Under the pieces are notes generated by a model. The model saw nothing but the letters and a program-made list of their open reading frames with translations, was not told where the DNA came from and did not search any database. Positions 42,407 to 52,487 of a DNA stretch of 64,000 nt are shown here, one piece after another. The position numbers were made by a program, and so were the translations under genes. Origin of the DNA: Naegleria gruberi (Eukaryota); NCBI GenBank assembly GCA_000004985.1, contig GG738885.1. One strand, written 5' to 3'. Each line of letters begins with the position of its first letter. Within the stretch, counting starts at the first letter, position 1.

Positions 42407-45400
42407 TTATTCTTTCAGTTTCAAAGTAGAGCCAAGATTTTCTTTCAATTCAATTTTTTTGTTCATACTTTCATAACTGTCAGATAGGACAAAACGTGAG
42501 AAGGTATCGTCAATATTCATAATTATGGCACAATACAAATCTGAGAGAACTTCCTTAATTTCCTTATCGTTTTGTTGATTGTTTCTTACAGATTCGAATA
42601 TTTTATGGAAGGATTTCTTGGTATTGTGTGAAATGTTAAGTTCCATTGGAGAATTATTTTCAATAAATGTAGCTTTCCACTCTTCAAAATGTTTACACAA
42701 TTCTGTGGTTGCAGGTGTGTTGCCATTATTGATAGATTCGAATACTGGTGCAAGTTTAGTCCAGAATATTACATTTTCCAACGAATGCTCAGTTTTGGCA
42801 AATTGTTTGAAAATTTCACATAATGTTGGATTTTTAAGAATTTCATTCAGTTGATTATCTTCCTCAAGTATAGACTCCTCTTTCATTTTAGTATGCTTTC
42901 CACTAATTTTAGATTTAACTAATTCATAAATTGAGACTAGAGAAACTAATCCACCAAAACTCATAATTAACATGATATTATACAATAATTCGAAAGCAAT
43001 TTGAGCAGCAGATAAGCCCTGGTTTGAAGCTACAAGAAGTGAAAATCCAAGCCCATAAGTAATAATAAAGAATATAATGCTCGTAAAGAAGAAAATAAAT
43101 TCTTTTCTGAAAGCAAGATTGTCATTCACTATCAAGTAATTTTTGATTGGATTAATCACTAATTTCTTATCTTTTAAGGTCAGTTTGGTACTCAATTGAA
43201 CATATCTTAATTCCATATAAATATCAAAAAAGTGAATTACACAAACTAATAAAGACATGACCAAAACAAATGAAAATAATGAACCAGCCATGATTGATGC
43301 ATATTGACTTGAAGAGATTACTGCTGTTTGTTGTAAGGAAATGAAAATTACATAAAAAGCAATAAAAACACATGCAACAATCAAGTTAGCAATAATGGAG
43401 AAGGTTTTGCTTGAAAATAAAAGCTTAATCCACTTGAATTTCTTCTCATTGAGCACGTCAACTTCCTTCTCATCGAAAATAGCCATAATTTCATATAGAT
43501 ATCTAAATACAATGTATCGTGAGCTTAATATCAAATAGTTTAGAATAGATAAACAATAGAAAGTGGAAGCAATCATTGTAGAAACTTGTCTCACAATCAT
43601 TGAGTTTGGATTTTTTGCTAAACTTAGAGAATTTGCAATAATGTAAGTGAAAACAAGTTCAATTAATAGTGAAATTAACGCAAAGTATGGAATTATTCCT
43701 CTACTCTTGGTTGGTGTTTTCTTACATGTGACAATAACACCCACCAATGCAATTAATGTTAAAAATATTAGGAAACAACCAATAACAATGGATGCAATAA
43801 CACCACCTTCATTAGCTAATGTCACTTTGACGTCAATAAATGATGAAAATGAAGTTGTGTGATTACAATAGCAATTGACAACACTACTATTTTTAGAAAT
43901 TTCAGAAATGCATCCATCGGTAAGCCATTTCTTACTAGTTTCATCAAAAAACTTGCAAGAGACAACAAGTGAGGAATTATTTTGTACGCTTGACAAAATT
44001 TTAGAATCCACATTCAAGGAAAGTATAATAGGATTTGCCAAATTTGAAACTTGTAAGAATTGGCCATTTAAAATATATTTCAATTCAACAACTTTTGCAA
44101 TATTAACTGAAGAACCTTTGGAAACTTTGGAAATAATACTAGCATCAGTCAAATTACTTGTTAGTTCAGTAGCATTCGAATAGAGAGAAGCCAACTTTTC
44201 CATATTGAAATAAGTAATTGAACCAACTGAAACTCCTTCTCTTACCAGATCTGAAGGTGTAGAAATGGTTGTATTTCCGTCATTGAGATATGATGAAGAA
44301 TTGAGGTTTCTAACAACTGAAACAATAAATGAAGGTGTTTCAGTTTTAAAAATACTATCTTTCTCATCACTGGATTTGGAAGAAACGAGAATCAAGGTTT
44401 CAATTACAGAACTTGAAGAGTAATTTGAAGATACAATGACATTGGAATAGGCATTCAAAACTTGACTAATGGTTGTGTCTATAGCATTAGATGATTTCAA
44501 AGTAGATACTTCTAACTGGTTCAATTCAGATGAAATTGTCGAAATCAAATTCGAAACAGTGGAAACAATAGAAGTTGTAACTGATGATTGAGATGAAATG
44601 ACATTCAAAGCAGTAGAAACCTTCAATGTCTGATCAAGATCAGAGGTATTTCTCTGAACTGTTGACAATGCTTGTGTAACCATAGTCAAAACTGAAACAG
44701 CACTAGATGCTTTCGAATAAGTATCAGAATTTGAAGCAATACTAGCAATATCCTTTGTAGAAATCGAACCTAAGAATGACTCTGTCACTACATTTTCGTA
44801 TTTCATCACTTGAATTGTTTCAGCAGTTTTAAATGAATAAGAAATTCCTCCAAATGAAATTCTTAGTACTGCAGTAAAGTTTCCTTCAGAATTCAATGAA
44901 TATGAAACAATCATTGGATTGGCAGTCGATACAATAGTAGGGTTACCAATATTGGTATAAACACCATTGTTCGAAAACAGAACAGTATAAGTTGCACTTG
45001 TCAAATATGATTTGAGATTTGAATGATACTTGACTGCAATTAGCACAGTGGAATCAACAAAAGTGATAGTATTATCAAATTTGATTGAAATATCTGGTGA
45101 GCAATCAGTAGAATTACCAGAAAGTATCCATCCATCATCACAATAAGGAGTTAGTTTTCGAATAGCTAAATTGCCGTTGTCTGAAATATATATTGAGTTA
45201 TCATTTCTATCAACTGCTAGTGAATTAAGTCGGAACGAAAACAATGATGTCTTTCCATCTTTGTATCCTGATACACCAAACGTTCCTGCAATATTTGTTA
45301 TGAAACCAGATGATTTCTTTAACATTCGAATAGAACTTCTTGAATGTGATAAAATCAAATCACCATTTGATAAATAGAAAAAATCAGCAAGAGAAGTCAA

Positions 45401-47125
45401 TGGAGACTGAATAGCAATAACACTATTAGAAGAAGTATCCCAAATAGCACATGTTCCATTACCAACCAAAGTTATCAAGGTTCCATCATTTAAAATCTTA
45501 TTAATGGTACAATTAGAAGGAAAGTAAAATACAATACATCCATCGGTAGGATCAACTGCCAATCTTTCTGCCTTAAATGTTGTAGAATTGAAATACATGG
45601 AAATTGTTTGTGAACTAAGGTCAACCAATCTAATAGTTCCCAAATCAGCAACGTAAATCTTATTTTCATAAATGGCAATATCAGCAATGCTTCCAAATCC
45701 AGCATTGGAAAGAGGACCACCATCTCCATACCCTGAAGCACTGGTTGAGGTTGTTCCTACAACCACCACATAATTTCCAGTTATTTTGTCAATTTTCATA
45801 ATTAAACTTGGAACTGCATAATAAACTTCTCCATTCCATTCATCTATTGCACCAAATAGAACACCCAATGAAGAATTAGCAGCTGGTAAACCAATTGACA
45901 AGGCTGCAAAATCATCACTTCTTCCATCTCCTCCAATAATTGAAGAGTAACCACTTTCAAATTTGTGTAGGAAATATCTCTCAAAATCCAATCCATATAA
46001 TACTCCTGGTTTGGTTCTACTAGCAGCTATCAATGAAGTACCAACATACATAGTTGTAGATTTGACACTTGTTTGATTGTCACTTGAATATCCAATAAAT
46101 ATTTTGGATTTGCAATTACCTGCGATAGTTGTTTTGGTACCGTTAGTCAAATCAAACTTGTATATGTACTTTTGTTCTTCAGCAACTATTAATTTTCCAT
46201 TCAAATCAAAAAATGCAGAACTAGCTTTGATGACTGGAAGTAGAGTTTGGCTTGTGGAACCACCAGATAAATCATATTTGAAGATACTAGTCAATGCATT
46301 CACATATAGATTATTGTCTTGTTTGAACATTTTGTCAAAGAAAAATGGTGATGAGATGATTGGAGATAGAATAGTTCTGTTTCTCCAATTCATTAAACTG
46401 ACCTTTCCATTTTGTCCTTCAGAAATATAGAGTAAATCACCATTAACAAGCACATCTTGAGCTTGATATCCACTTCCTCCGTAAATAGTTTCAATGAATC
46501 CACTTGATATGTTAAATTGTCTTACACGGTTATTACCATAATCAGCAATGAATAGAATAGTTTCGTCTGGAGAAAGTTCCACTCCTAAAGGATTGTTTAA
46601 TCTAATGCTGTTCAAATCAGATGTACCATCACCAGAAAAATTTGCTGTTCCACATACTCCCACAAGTGTTGAAATGTTTCCATTCTTGATATCCAACTTT
46701 CGAATACATCCATTACCTTGTGCTATATACATGATTGTTTCGTCTTGTGTGAGCACCATCGAGAATGGAGATATTACACTGACAGAAAGTGCAGAACCGT
46801 CCCCAGGGATAGTTTTTCTATAATTACCAGCTACAAGACTAATAATTCCGTTGTTATCTATCTTTCTAATAGCAGCCATGGATGCATCAGCAATATACAT
46901 GGATCCATCTTTTGTTGGTATGATATCCTTGATGTAACTTAGGCATGACATGCTACTCTCGAATCCATCTCCAAATCTCTGTTGAAAAAGTTGTGAGTTT
47001 CCTCCTGCGAAAGTCGAAACTGAATACTTGACGTTCGGTGGTGTTTGTGTGTGAACGGTGGTCACCAACATACAAAGACATGCCAATAATAGAAGGATAT
47101 GACACGCCACTTGAAACACTTTCAT
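42407..47125 (-). CDS. Adhesion-GPCR-like receptor fused to RGS domain: signal peptide - NHL-type beta-propeller repeats - GPS motif - 7TM - C-terminal RGS
   Basis: Single 1572-aa ORF. Signal peptide MKVFQVACHILLLLACLCMLVTTVHT. NHL-like repeats (MYIADASMAAIRKID; IMYIAQGNGCIRKLD; ILFIADYGNNRVRQFN...). GPS consensus CKFFDETSKKWLTDGCISEISKNSSVVNCYCNHTTSFSSF (C-x-C-x-H-[LT]-[ST]-x-F) sits immediately before 7 hydrophobic helices. The C-terminal LCEIFKQFAKTEHSLENVIFWTKLAPVFES...LCKHFEEWKATFIENNSPMELNISHNTKK...LYCAIIMNIDDTFSRFVLSDSYESM is an RGS box. Confidence 0.75.
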   Translation of the reverse strand: MKVFQVACHILLLLACLCMLVTTVHTQTPPNVKYSVSTFAGGNSQLFQQRFGDGFESSMSCLSYIKDIIPTKDGSMYIADASMAAIRKIDNNGIISLVAGNYRKTIPGDGSALSVSVISPFSMVLTQDETIMYIAQGNGCIRKLDIKNGNISTLVGVCGTANFSGDGTSDLNSIRLNNPLGVELSPDETILFIADYGNNRVRQFNISSGFIETIYGGSGYQAQDVLVNGDLLYISEGQNGKVSLMNWRNRTILSPIISSPFFFDKMFKQDNNLYVNALTSIFKYDLSGGSTSQTLLPVIKASSAFFDLNGKLIVAEEQKYIYKFDLTNGTKTTIAGNCKSKIFIGYSSDNQTSVKSTTMYVGTSLIAASRTKPGVLYGLDFERYFLHKFESGYSSIIGGDGRSDDFAALSIGLPAANSSLGVLFGAIDEWNGEVYYAVPSLIMKIDKITGNYVVVVGTTSTSASGYGDGGPLSNAGFGSIADIAIYENKIYVADLGTIRLVDLSSQTISMYFNSTTFKAERLAVDPTDGCIVFYFPSNCTINKILNDGTLITLVGNGTCAIWDTSSNSVIAIQSPLTSLADFFYLSNGDLILSHSRSSIRMLKKSSGFITNIAGTFGVSGYKDGKTSLFSFRLNSLAVDRNDNSIYISDNGNLAIRKLTPYCDDGWILSGNSTDCSPDISIKFDNTITFVDSTVLIAVKYHSNLKSYLTSATYTVLFSNNGVYTNIGNPTIVSTANPMIVSYSLNSEGNFTAVLRISFGGISYSFKTAETIQVMKYENVVTESFLGSISTKDIASIASNSDTYSKASSAVSVLTMVTQALSTVQRNTSDLDQTLKVSTALNVISSQSSVTTSIVSTVSNLISTISSELNQLEVSTLKSSNAIDTTISQVLNAYSNVIVSSNYSSSSVIETLILVSSKSSDEKDSIFKTETPSFIVSVVRNLNSSSYLNDGNTTISTPSDLVREGVSVGSITYFNMEKLASLYSNATELTSNLTDASIISKVSKGSSVNIAKVVELKYILNGQFLQVSNLANPIILSLNVDSKILSSVQNNSSLVVSCKFFDETSKKWLTDGCISEISKNSSVVNCYCNHTTSFSSFIDVKVTLANEGGVIASIVIGCFLIFLTLIALVGVIVTCKKTPTKSRGIIPYFALISLLIELVFTYIIANSLSLAKNPNSMIVRQVSTMIASTFYCLSILNYLILSSRYIVFRYLYEIMAIFDEKEVDVLNEKKFKWIKLLFSSKTFSIIANLIVACVFIAFYVIFISLQQTAVISSSQYASIMAGSLFSFVLVMSLLVCVIHFFDIYMELRYVQLSTKLTLKDKKLVINPIKNYLIVNDNLAFRKEFIFFFTSIIFFIITYGLGFSLLVASNQGLSAAQIAFELLYNIMLIMSFGGLVSLVSIYELVKSKISGKHTKMKEESILEEDNQLNEILKNPTLCEIFKQFAKTEHSLENVIFWTKLAPVFESINNGNTPATTELCKHFEEWKATFIENNSPMELNISHNTKKSFHKIFESVRNNQQNDKEIKEVLSDLYCAIIMNIDDTFSRFVLSDSYESMNKKIELKENLGSTLKLKE

Positions 47126-47366
47126 TTTTTTCGTGAATCATGTTGTGTGTGGCGAAATCCTCGCGCAAACTTGTTTAGTGATTTGCAACCACCAATTGCA
47201 TTGACACAAATCCACTCACAACTGGTGGTTGTAAAGAGTAATCAAATCATTGCAGAGTTCAGCAGAGTTCAAAGACTTGATAAGTAAATCCAAATCAAAA
47301 TTGCAGGAAAATTATAATTAATTATTAATAAAACGCTGTGGTTCAATCAATTTAGTTTCTTTTAGG

Positions 47367-48866
47367 TTAAAGCAATGAACAATTTGATTTTTGTGGGTTG
47401 GCTGGTTGATTTGGTTGAACTGGCTGTGTTGGTTGACCATTGTTGGTGGTGGCAGAGGAAAGATTTTTGGTTGATATTTTAATACTTCCCACAGTATTTC
47501 CATTGAATAGGTTTGGCAATTGAAGGGTGTATTCCATGAGTTTGATTGTCACTATTTTCACTCTCTTATCACTGATATCATTCAGTGTGATCGATTGTTC
47601 CTTTTTCTCTTGAATTGTTGTAACAGTTTCCAAACAAACAACTGTAAATTTCAGACTCTCCTTTTCAATACTGACTGATGTGTATTTGTTTGCTTTCAAA
47701 TCTTTTCGTTCGAGAGAGGAAAGGGAATGAATGGTTTCTACATGTTCTGGAGTGAAGTCTTGATTGAGATAGGTGGCTATCAGTTTCTCAACAAGACCAA
47801 TCTTTTTATGTGTGGATAGTTGATTATAGAGAATGTCAAAACTCATTTCTAAACCATACTTTAACAATTCAAATGGAGTATTGAGATAATTCTGGGTGAC
47901 GAATACAGGAATTACACTCAACCTAGTTTCAGAGCTTAACATTTCATAGTAAAATACATCAACCAGAGCAAGATATTGTGCCTGATCTAAATCTTCAGGA
48001 ACTCTATAATTTTCAAAATAATATTTTGGCATTCTGTGTTGTAAAATTGTGCAAAGCATTAAATCACAAACTGTTGATGTGAGTCCAAAATGTGTAATCA
48101 TAGGTTCTATACCAAATACTTGATCTGACACATCACTTGATGATCTGCAGTCCAATCCAGGATAGTGAGATACACAGCCATTATACAAATAAAACGTTTG
48201 TCCACTTGCCAATATGAAATTATTAGGTATAGAAGGTTTTCTTTTAAAAACAATTCTCAATGTAAATCTTTCATAGAAATTGATAAGACATTGCTTATTC
48301 TTACTCGAATAGGGTTTAAATTCAGTATCAATAATTTTGTTAATGCCATTATTCACCGATTTTCCACAATCCTCCATCGCTTTCACACGTCCTCTAAGTT
48401 TTCCTCTCAAACTCTTTACAAAACTCGATTTGAAAATCTCCCTCTCCACAATCAATGTATTTCCATCATCCAGAATCAATTTGAAATGCAAATCATCGAC
48501 CAAATATTGTCCCCACTCACACACATTATCTTTCAGTGAATTTGAAAAATTATTCATAACATAGGTCGTATAGGAGGGATGAAAAATCTGTAGCCTATAC
48601 TTGGTCTCCTCACATTCTCTCTGTGAGGAAGGCTTTAAAAAGGGTGAAAGTTTTGTAACCTCGTTGTTTTTTGTTGTGCCTTCTTCCTCTTGCAAAATCT
48701 TTTCATCACCATCATGATGAATAATATTATTATTATCGATATTATTAATTAAATTATTATTGGAGTTCGGATCATGTTGATTATTGTTTAAATGTTGCAT
48801 GTGAATGGTTTCTAACTTTTCAATGACTTTTAATAATTTGGGATGAACACAATAGAGAGAAAGCAA
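47367..48866 (-). CDS. Hypothetical protein (499 aa) ending in a CaaX prenylation box (CSLL)
   Basis: Long ORF. The C-terminus ...QKSNCSLL* fits C-a-a-L (geranylgeranylation-type CaaX). Confidence 0.5.
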   Translation of the reverse strand: MLSLYCVHPKLLKVIEKLETIHMQHLNNNQHDPNSNNNLINNIDNNNIIHHDGDEKILQEEEGTTKNNEVTKLSPFLKPSSQRECEETKYRLQIFHPSYTTYVMNNFSNSLKDNVCEWGQYLVDDLHFKLILDDGNTLIVEREIFKSSFVKSLRGKLRGRVKAMEDCGKSVNNGINKIIDTEFKPYSSKNKQCLINFYERFTLRIVFKRKPSIPNNFILASGQTFYLYNGCVSHYPGLDCRSSSDVSDQVFGIEPMITHFGLTSTVCDLMLCTILQHRMPKYYFENYRVPEDLDQAQYLALVDVFYYEMLSSETRLSVIPVFVTQNYLNTPFELLKYGLEMSFDILYNQLSTHKKIGLVEKLIATYLNQDFTPEHVETIHSLSSLERKDLKANKYTSVSIEKESLKFTVVCLETVTTIQEKKEQSITLNDISDKRVKIVTIKLMEYTLQLPNLFNGNTVGSIKISTKNLSSATTNNGQPTQPVQPNQPANPQKSNCSLL

Positions 48867-48895
48867 TTCGTCCGATAAGCAGAAACGAAAAATCG

Positions 48896-48990
48896 TTGCT
48901 AGTGAATCTTGATCTCTCTGTTAGATCAAGATTCACTAGATTGCTTGATCTAACAGAGAGACTAGCAATCTAGTGAATCTTGATCTAACA
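48896..48990. repeat. Dense nested palindrome / inverted + direct repeats of AGTGAATCTTGATCT
   Basis: agtgaatcttgatct(48901-15)-ctctgtt-agatcaagattcact(48923-37). Then cttgatctaacagagag, the reverse complement of ctctctgttagatcaag, and a second direct copy tagtgaatcttgatct at 48971-86. It lies between two minus-strand genes. Confidence 0.6.
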
Positions 48991-49034
48991 ACTCGAGCAT
49001 TTTTATTGTAATTGTAAATTGTTGGATTTCATGC

Positions 49035-50847
49035 TCAATCAATTATTCCTAAAAGTCTCTTTGAAACATATTGTAGCATTTCCTTATCTTTTTGCATTTG
49101 AATTGAAGCATGTGGGAAGGCATGAATATTCTGTTTGATTGCATGCCACACTAGTTCTCTATCTGATTTGTATTGTTGCTCCATAAATTCCAAACACAGT
49201 CCATTAATATTCAATATTTGAATCAGAAATTCTCTACTAAAATTCACAGAAGCACAAGGTCTGAAGAATGTATAGTCATGTGAAACAGCTTCTAGCACCA
49301 ACTCAACATGTTGAACAAAGAAGGGAAAGCAATCAAGTTGGACGAATATTTGAGGATTCTTCTTGAGTGCCTTCATTAGGAAATCTCTGTCTGAGAGAAG
49401 ATTTCTGTGAATAAAGAAAAACTTGTCGTGTGAATTGATTGCTTCGAGTCCAATCTCTGGATCTTTTTGTAGTGGCTCCTCTGCAAATCCTAGTGTTGTG
49501 CTTTGATTTCTGATGGCTGCTAGGACTATTTCTCGATCTTGTCTCTGAGATTTTGGAGCATATTTGAGTGATTCTCCAAGAGTATTCACAGCTCGTAGAG
49601 TGAAATTTCTATCCGAATCCATATGTTTCCTCAATTGAATGCAAAATGTTGGATAAATTCCAATAGGTGCCTCTGAAAGTTTGATTCTCTGTAAAATGTC
49701 ACACACTGTTTCCTTATCAAAATGACAATCACAAAAGGTAAGAGCTGATAGATTATTTTTCACAGCTTTCAAGATAATCTCCCTATTGGTTCTTAGAGAT
49801 TGGCTCACATATTGAATAGATTGCCCATAGTGTGAAACTGCTGCCAAGGCCACATCCTTATCTGCTTTCATCGAAAAGTGCAGATACGACAGAGCCAGAG
49901 GACTTGTCTTGACAGCTATTAAAGCCATTTCCTTATCAGCTTGAAATTGTGGAGCAAATTGTATTGCTGCACCATCGTCAATAACAGCAGTCATTACAAC
50001 TAGCCTGTCGTTCCTCAAATCCTCACTAGCATACCTCAAATCCATTCCATTCTTCCTCACTGCATCTAATACAATTTGTTTATCATCCACAAAAAACAAT
50101 GCCTTTTTCCAAATAATATTATTCCAATAAAGTATTACATTCAATTTAATAATCAAAAAATTAAATCAAAATTCGTTACATTATTAATTTCAAAACAGAA
50201 CTCACCTTTTTCAAAACTCGTGCCTTATATTTAACAGCATATTCTACAAATTCTCTATCATTAAACCATACATTATTGAAAAAGTCAATAGTGACCAAAT
50301 ATTTCGATTTCAAGGCAGTAAACACAATCTCTCTATCCAATCCAAAACAATGATCCAAAAAGATTGCATTTCCATCACTCTTCACAGCTTCCAATACTAA
50401 TTCTCTATCCTTCTTCAATGTATCACTTGCAAAACTCAAGTGATGTCCACTCATCTTTACAGCTTGCATCATAAAATCCCTATCCGAGCAATAAAAAGGA
50501 ATAATTCCCTTCTTTTCATAATATTCATCCAATTCATTCAATCCCAATCTATTCTTCAATGCAATCAGCAACAAATCCCTCCTATTGTATATATATTTAA
50601 TCAGTGGCCTAAAAGCAACATCTCCCTTCGTTTCCTCCACAATTCTCTGAATAACATTCACATCCCTCAACAACATGTATCGATCATCACCACCACCTGT
50701 TACACCTTCATCATTATCATTATCACCATCATCATTATCATCAATAAATTGCAAAGCCTTTGTATTCACTCGACATGCATGCACAATCGCTTCCCGATCA
50801 TTGGCGAATAACAAGACGAGAGAAGGGAACTCATCAATGTGCGCCAA
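49035..50847 (-). CDS. DUF4116-repeat protein (2 exons: 50176..50847 and 49035..50156)
   Basis: Many ~35-aa repeats of the DUF4116 type (...DREIVLAAIRNQSTTLGFAEEPLQKDPEIGLEAIN..., ...DVALAAVSHYGQSIQYVSQSLRTNREIILKAVKNN..., ...DRELVLEAVKSDGNAIFLD...). GTGAGT donor after ...KARVLKK (50176) and acceptor ...aaaaag before ALFFVDDKQIVLDAVRKNG. Confidence 0.6.
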
Positions 50848-52487
50848 AAGTTTGCGTTGTGTGGTGAGTTGACGGTAGAGAAGAGTTAGAGTTTCGGAAT
50901 GGAAATTAATATCGAGATGAACATGTACATGTGTGATGATGAGGAAGGTGATGAGAAGTTGAAGAATTATTATTCAAATTATTTATAAAGTTAAAATTGT
51001 TGGTTAAATCATCCATGGATAGATCAAAGTCATCATTATCACTGTTGACTTGTAGGAACGTTTCTGCATTATGCATTTTTTTTAAATATTGAATGTTTAA
51101 TATTATTAATCTTTACAAAAAAAGATACAAGTACAGTAATTGATACTAATAACATAATATGCATTGTATAAAACCAATTAGGCAAGTGAAAATATAAAAG
51201 GATCTAATTGTGCAGAATATTTTCCCAACTTGAAATTCAGCTCGAATTCACCAGATCCAGAAAATATATACAATGGAGAATGTAAACATATTGTTGTTAT
51301 AGAAAGACTTGTCTGAATGTCAGTAATCAACTCTACACTAAATATTGTACAGTTTAGTGATCATAATTAAAGTAAACAAAATGTCTATAATTGAGCTTAA
51401 TTACAATGATCTTTTTCTAAATTCTAAGGCGTTGCTAACTATGAAATTCATTTTACTTGAACACTGACATGTCTATTTGAAGGATAAACTTATTGGGATA
51501 AGTAAACCAAGTGAAACATGAGAGTTGTTCATTTGGAAAAGTTTGCAGTTAACGAAAACCTTTCAACAAGACTAACAGCACGTTACAAGTTTATTCAACT
51601 TTCGAATAGTTCTTCATCAACACATTTTTACTGTTGTACACCATATTGTTAATTGAATCTAAATTGCTATTGAACAGTCTACCTCAAACATCTGAATCTC
51701 ACTCATTTTCATTCGAATCGCAACTAATGGAAACTTAAAGCACAACCAAACTCAATTTACCAGAAACTTCATCCCAACAATTTCAGCTCTTTGCGTACAA
51801 CACTAAAAAGAGTTTTCTCGCCAAATCTGGACTGACTACACTAAAACGAACAGATTCCTCTTAATTTGTATTTTAATTTTCCAGATGCGAACAACAATAG
51901 CGCTGTTAAGAATTTTCTTTTGAAGAAATTCTTCTTGCTTTACTCAGAATATTAGAGTTGTTTATGTGTACATTCTTGCAGTTGCGATGTAGTGTTCCCT
52001 TTAAAATCATTCATTTAAAAAAACACACAATTGATTTTTTGACTTTCGTTTAGTTTCGTCATCTTTGTAATACAATTTTTCATCGGGAAGAAAGTTGTTC
52101 TATTAAAATATCACACAACAGTAGGTGATCAATTCGATTCAATAGTAACGTACTTTGAAATTCAATATCTCTCTTTCACAATATAGAAATTAGTGTCACA
52201 GCTTTCGAATAGATTGGAAGAAACCCCTAGAGAGAACTAGCCTTTATTGATGAATCTCTAATCATCATCATTTCTAACACACTAACGACTTGCCCAATTA
52301 ATAGAATTCATTTAATCGTTAAATAGTTTACACTCTCTTTATTCGAAACGATAATAATTAAAAAGAAATACTGAATTTCTCTTTACATAACAACATTAAT
52401 TGAAAATAACAACAACAGTAACAGCAGTATTTCTGTAAGTAATTTTGCATGCCAAGTTTCCAATAATCTTTCGAATAGAATTTTACA

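Noticed and set aside
50440-50872. Two + strand ORFs (123 and 65 aa)
   Set aside because: They are antisense to the DUF4116-repeat gene and have low-complexity composition.
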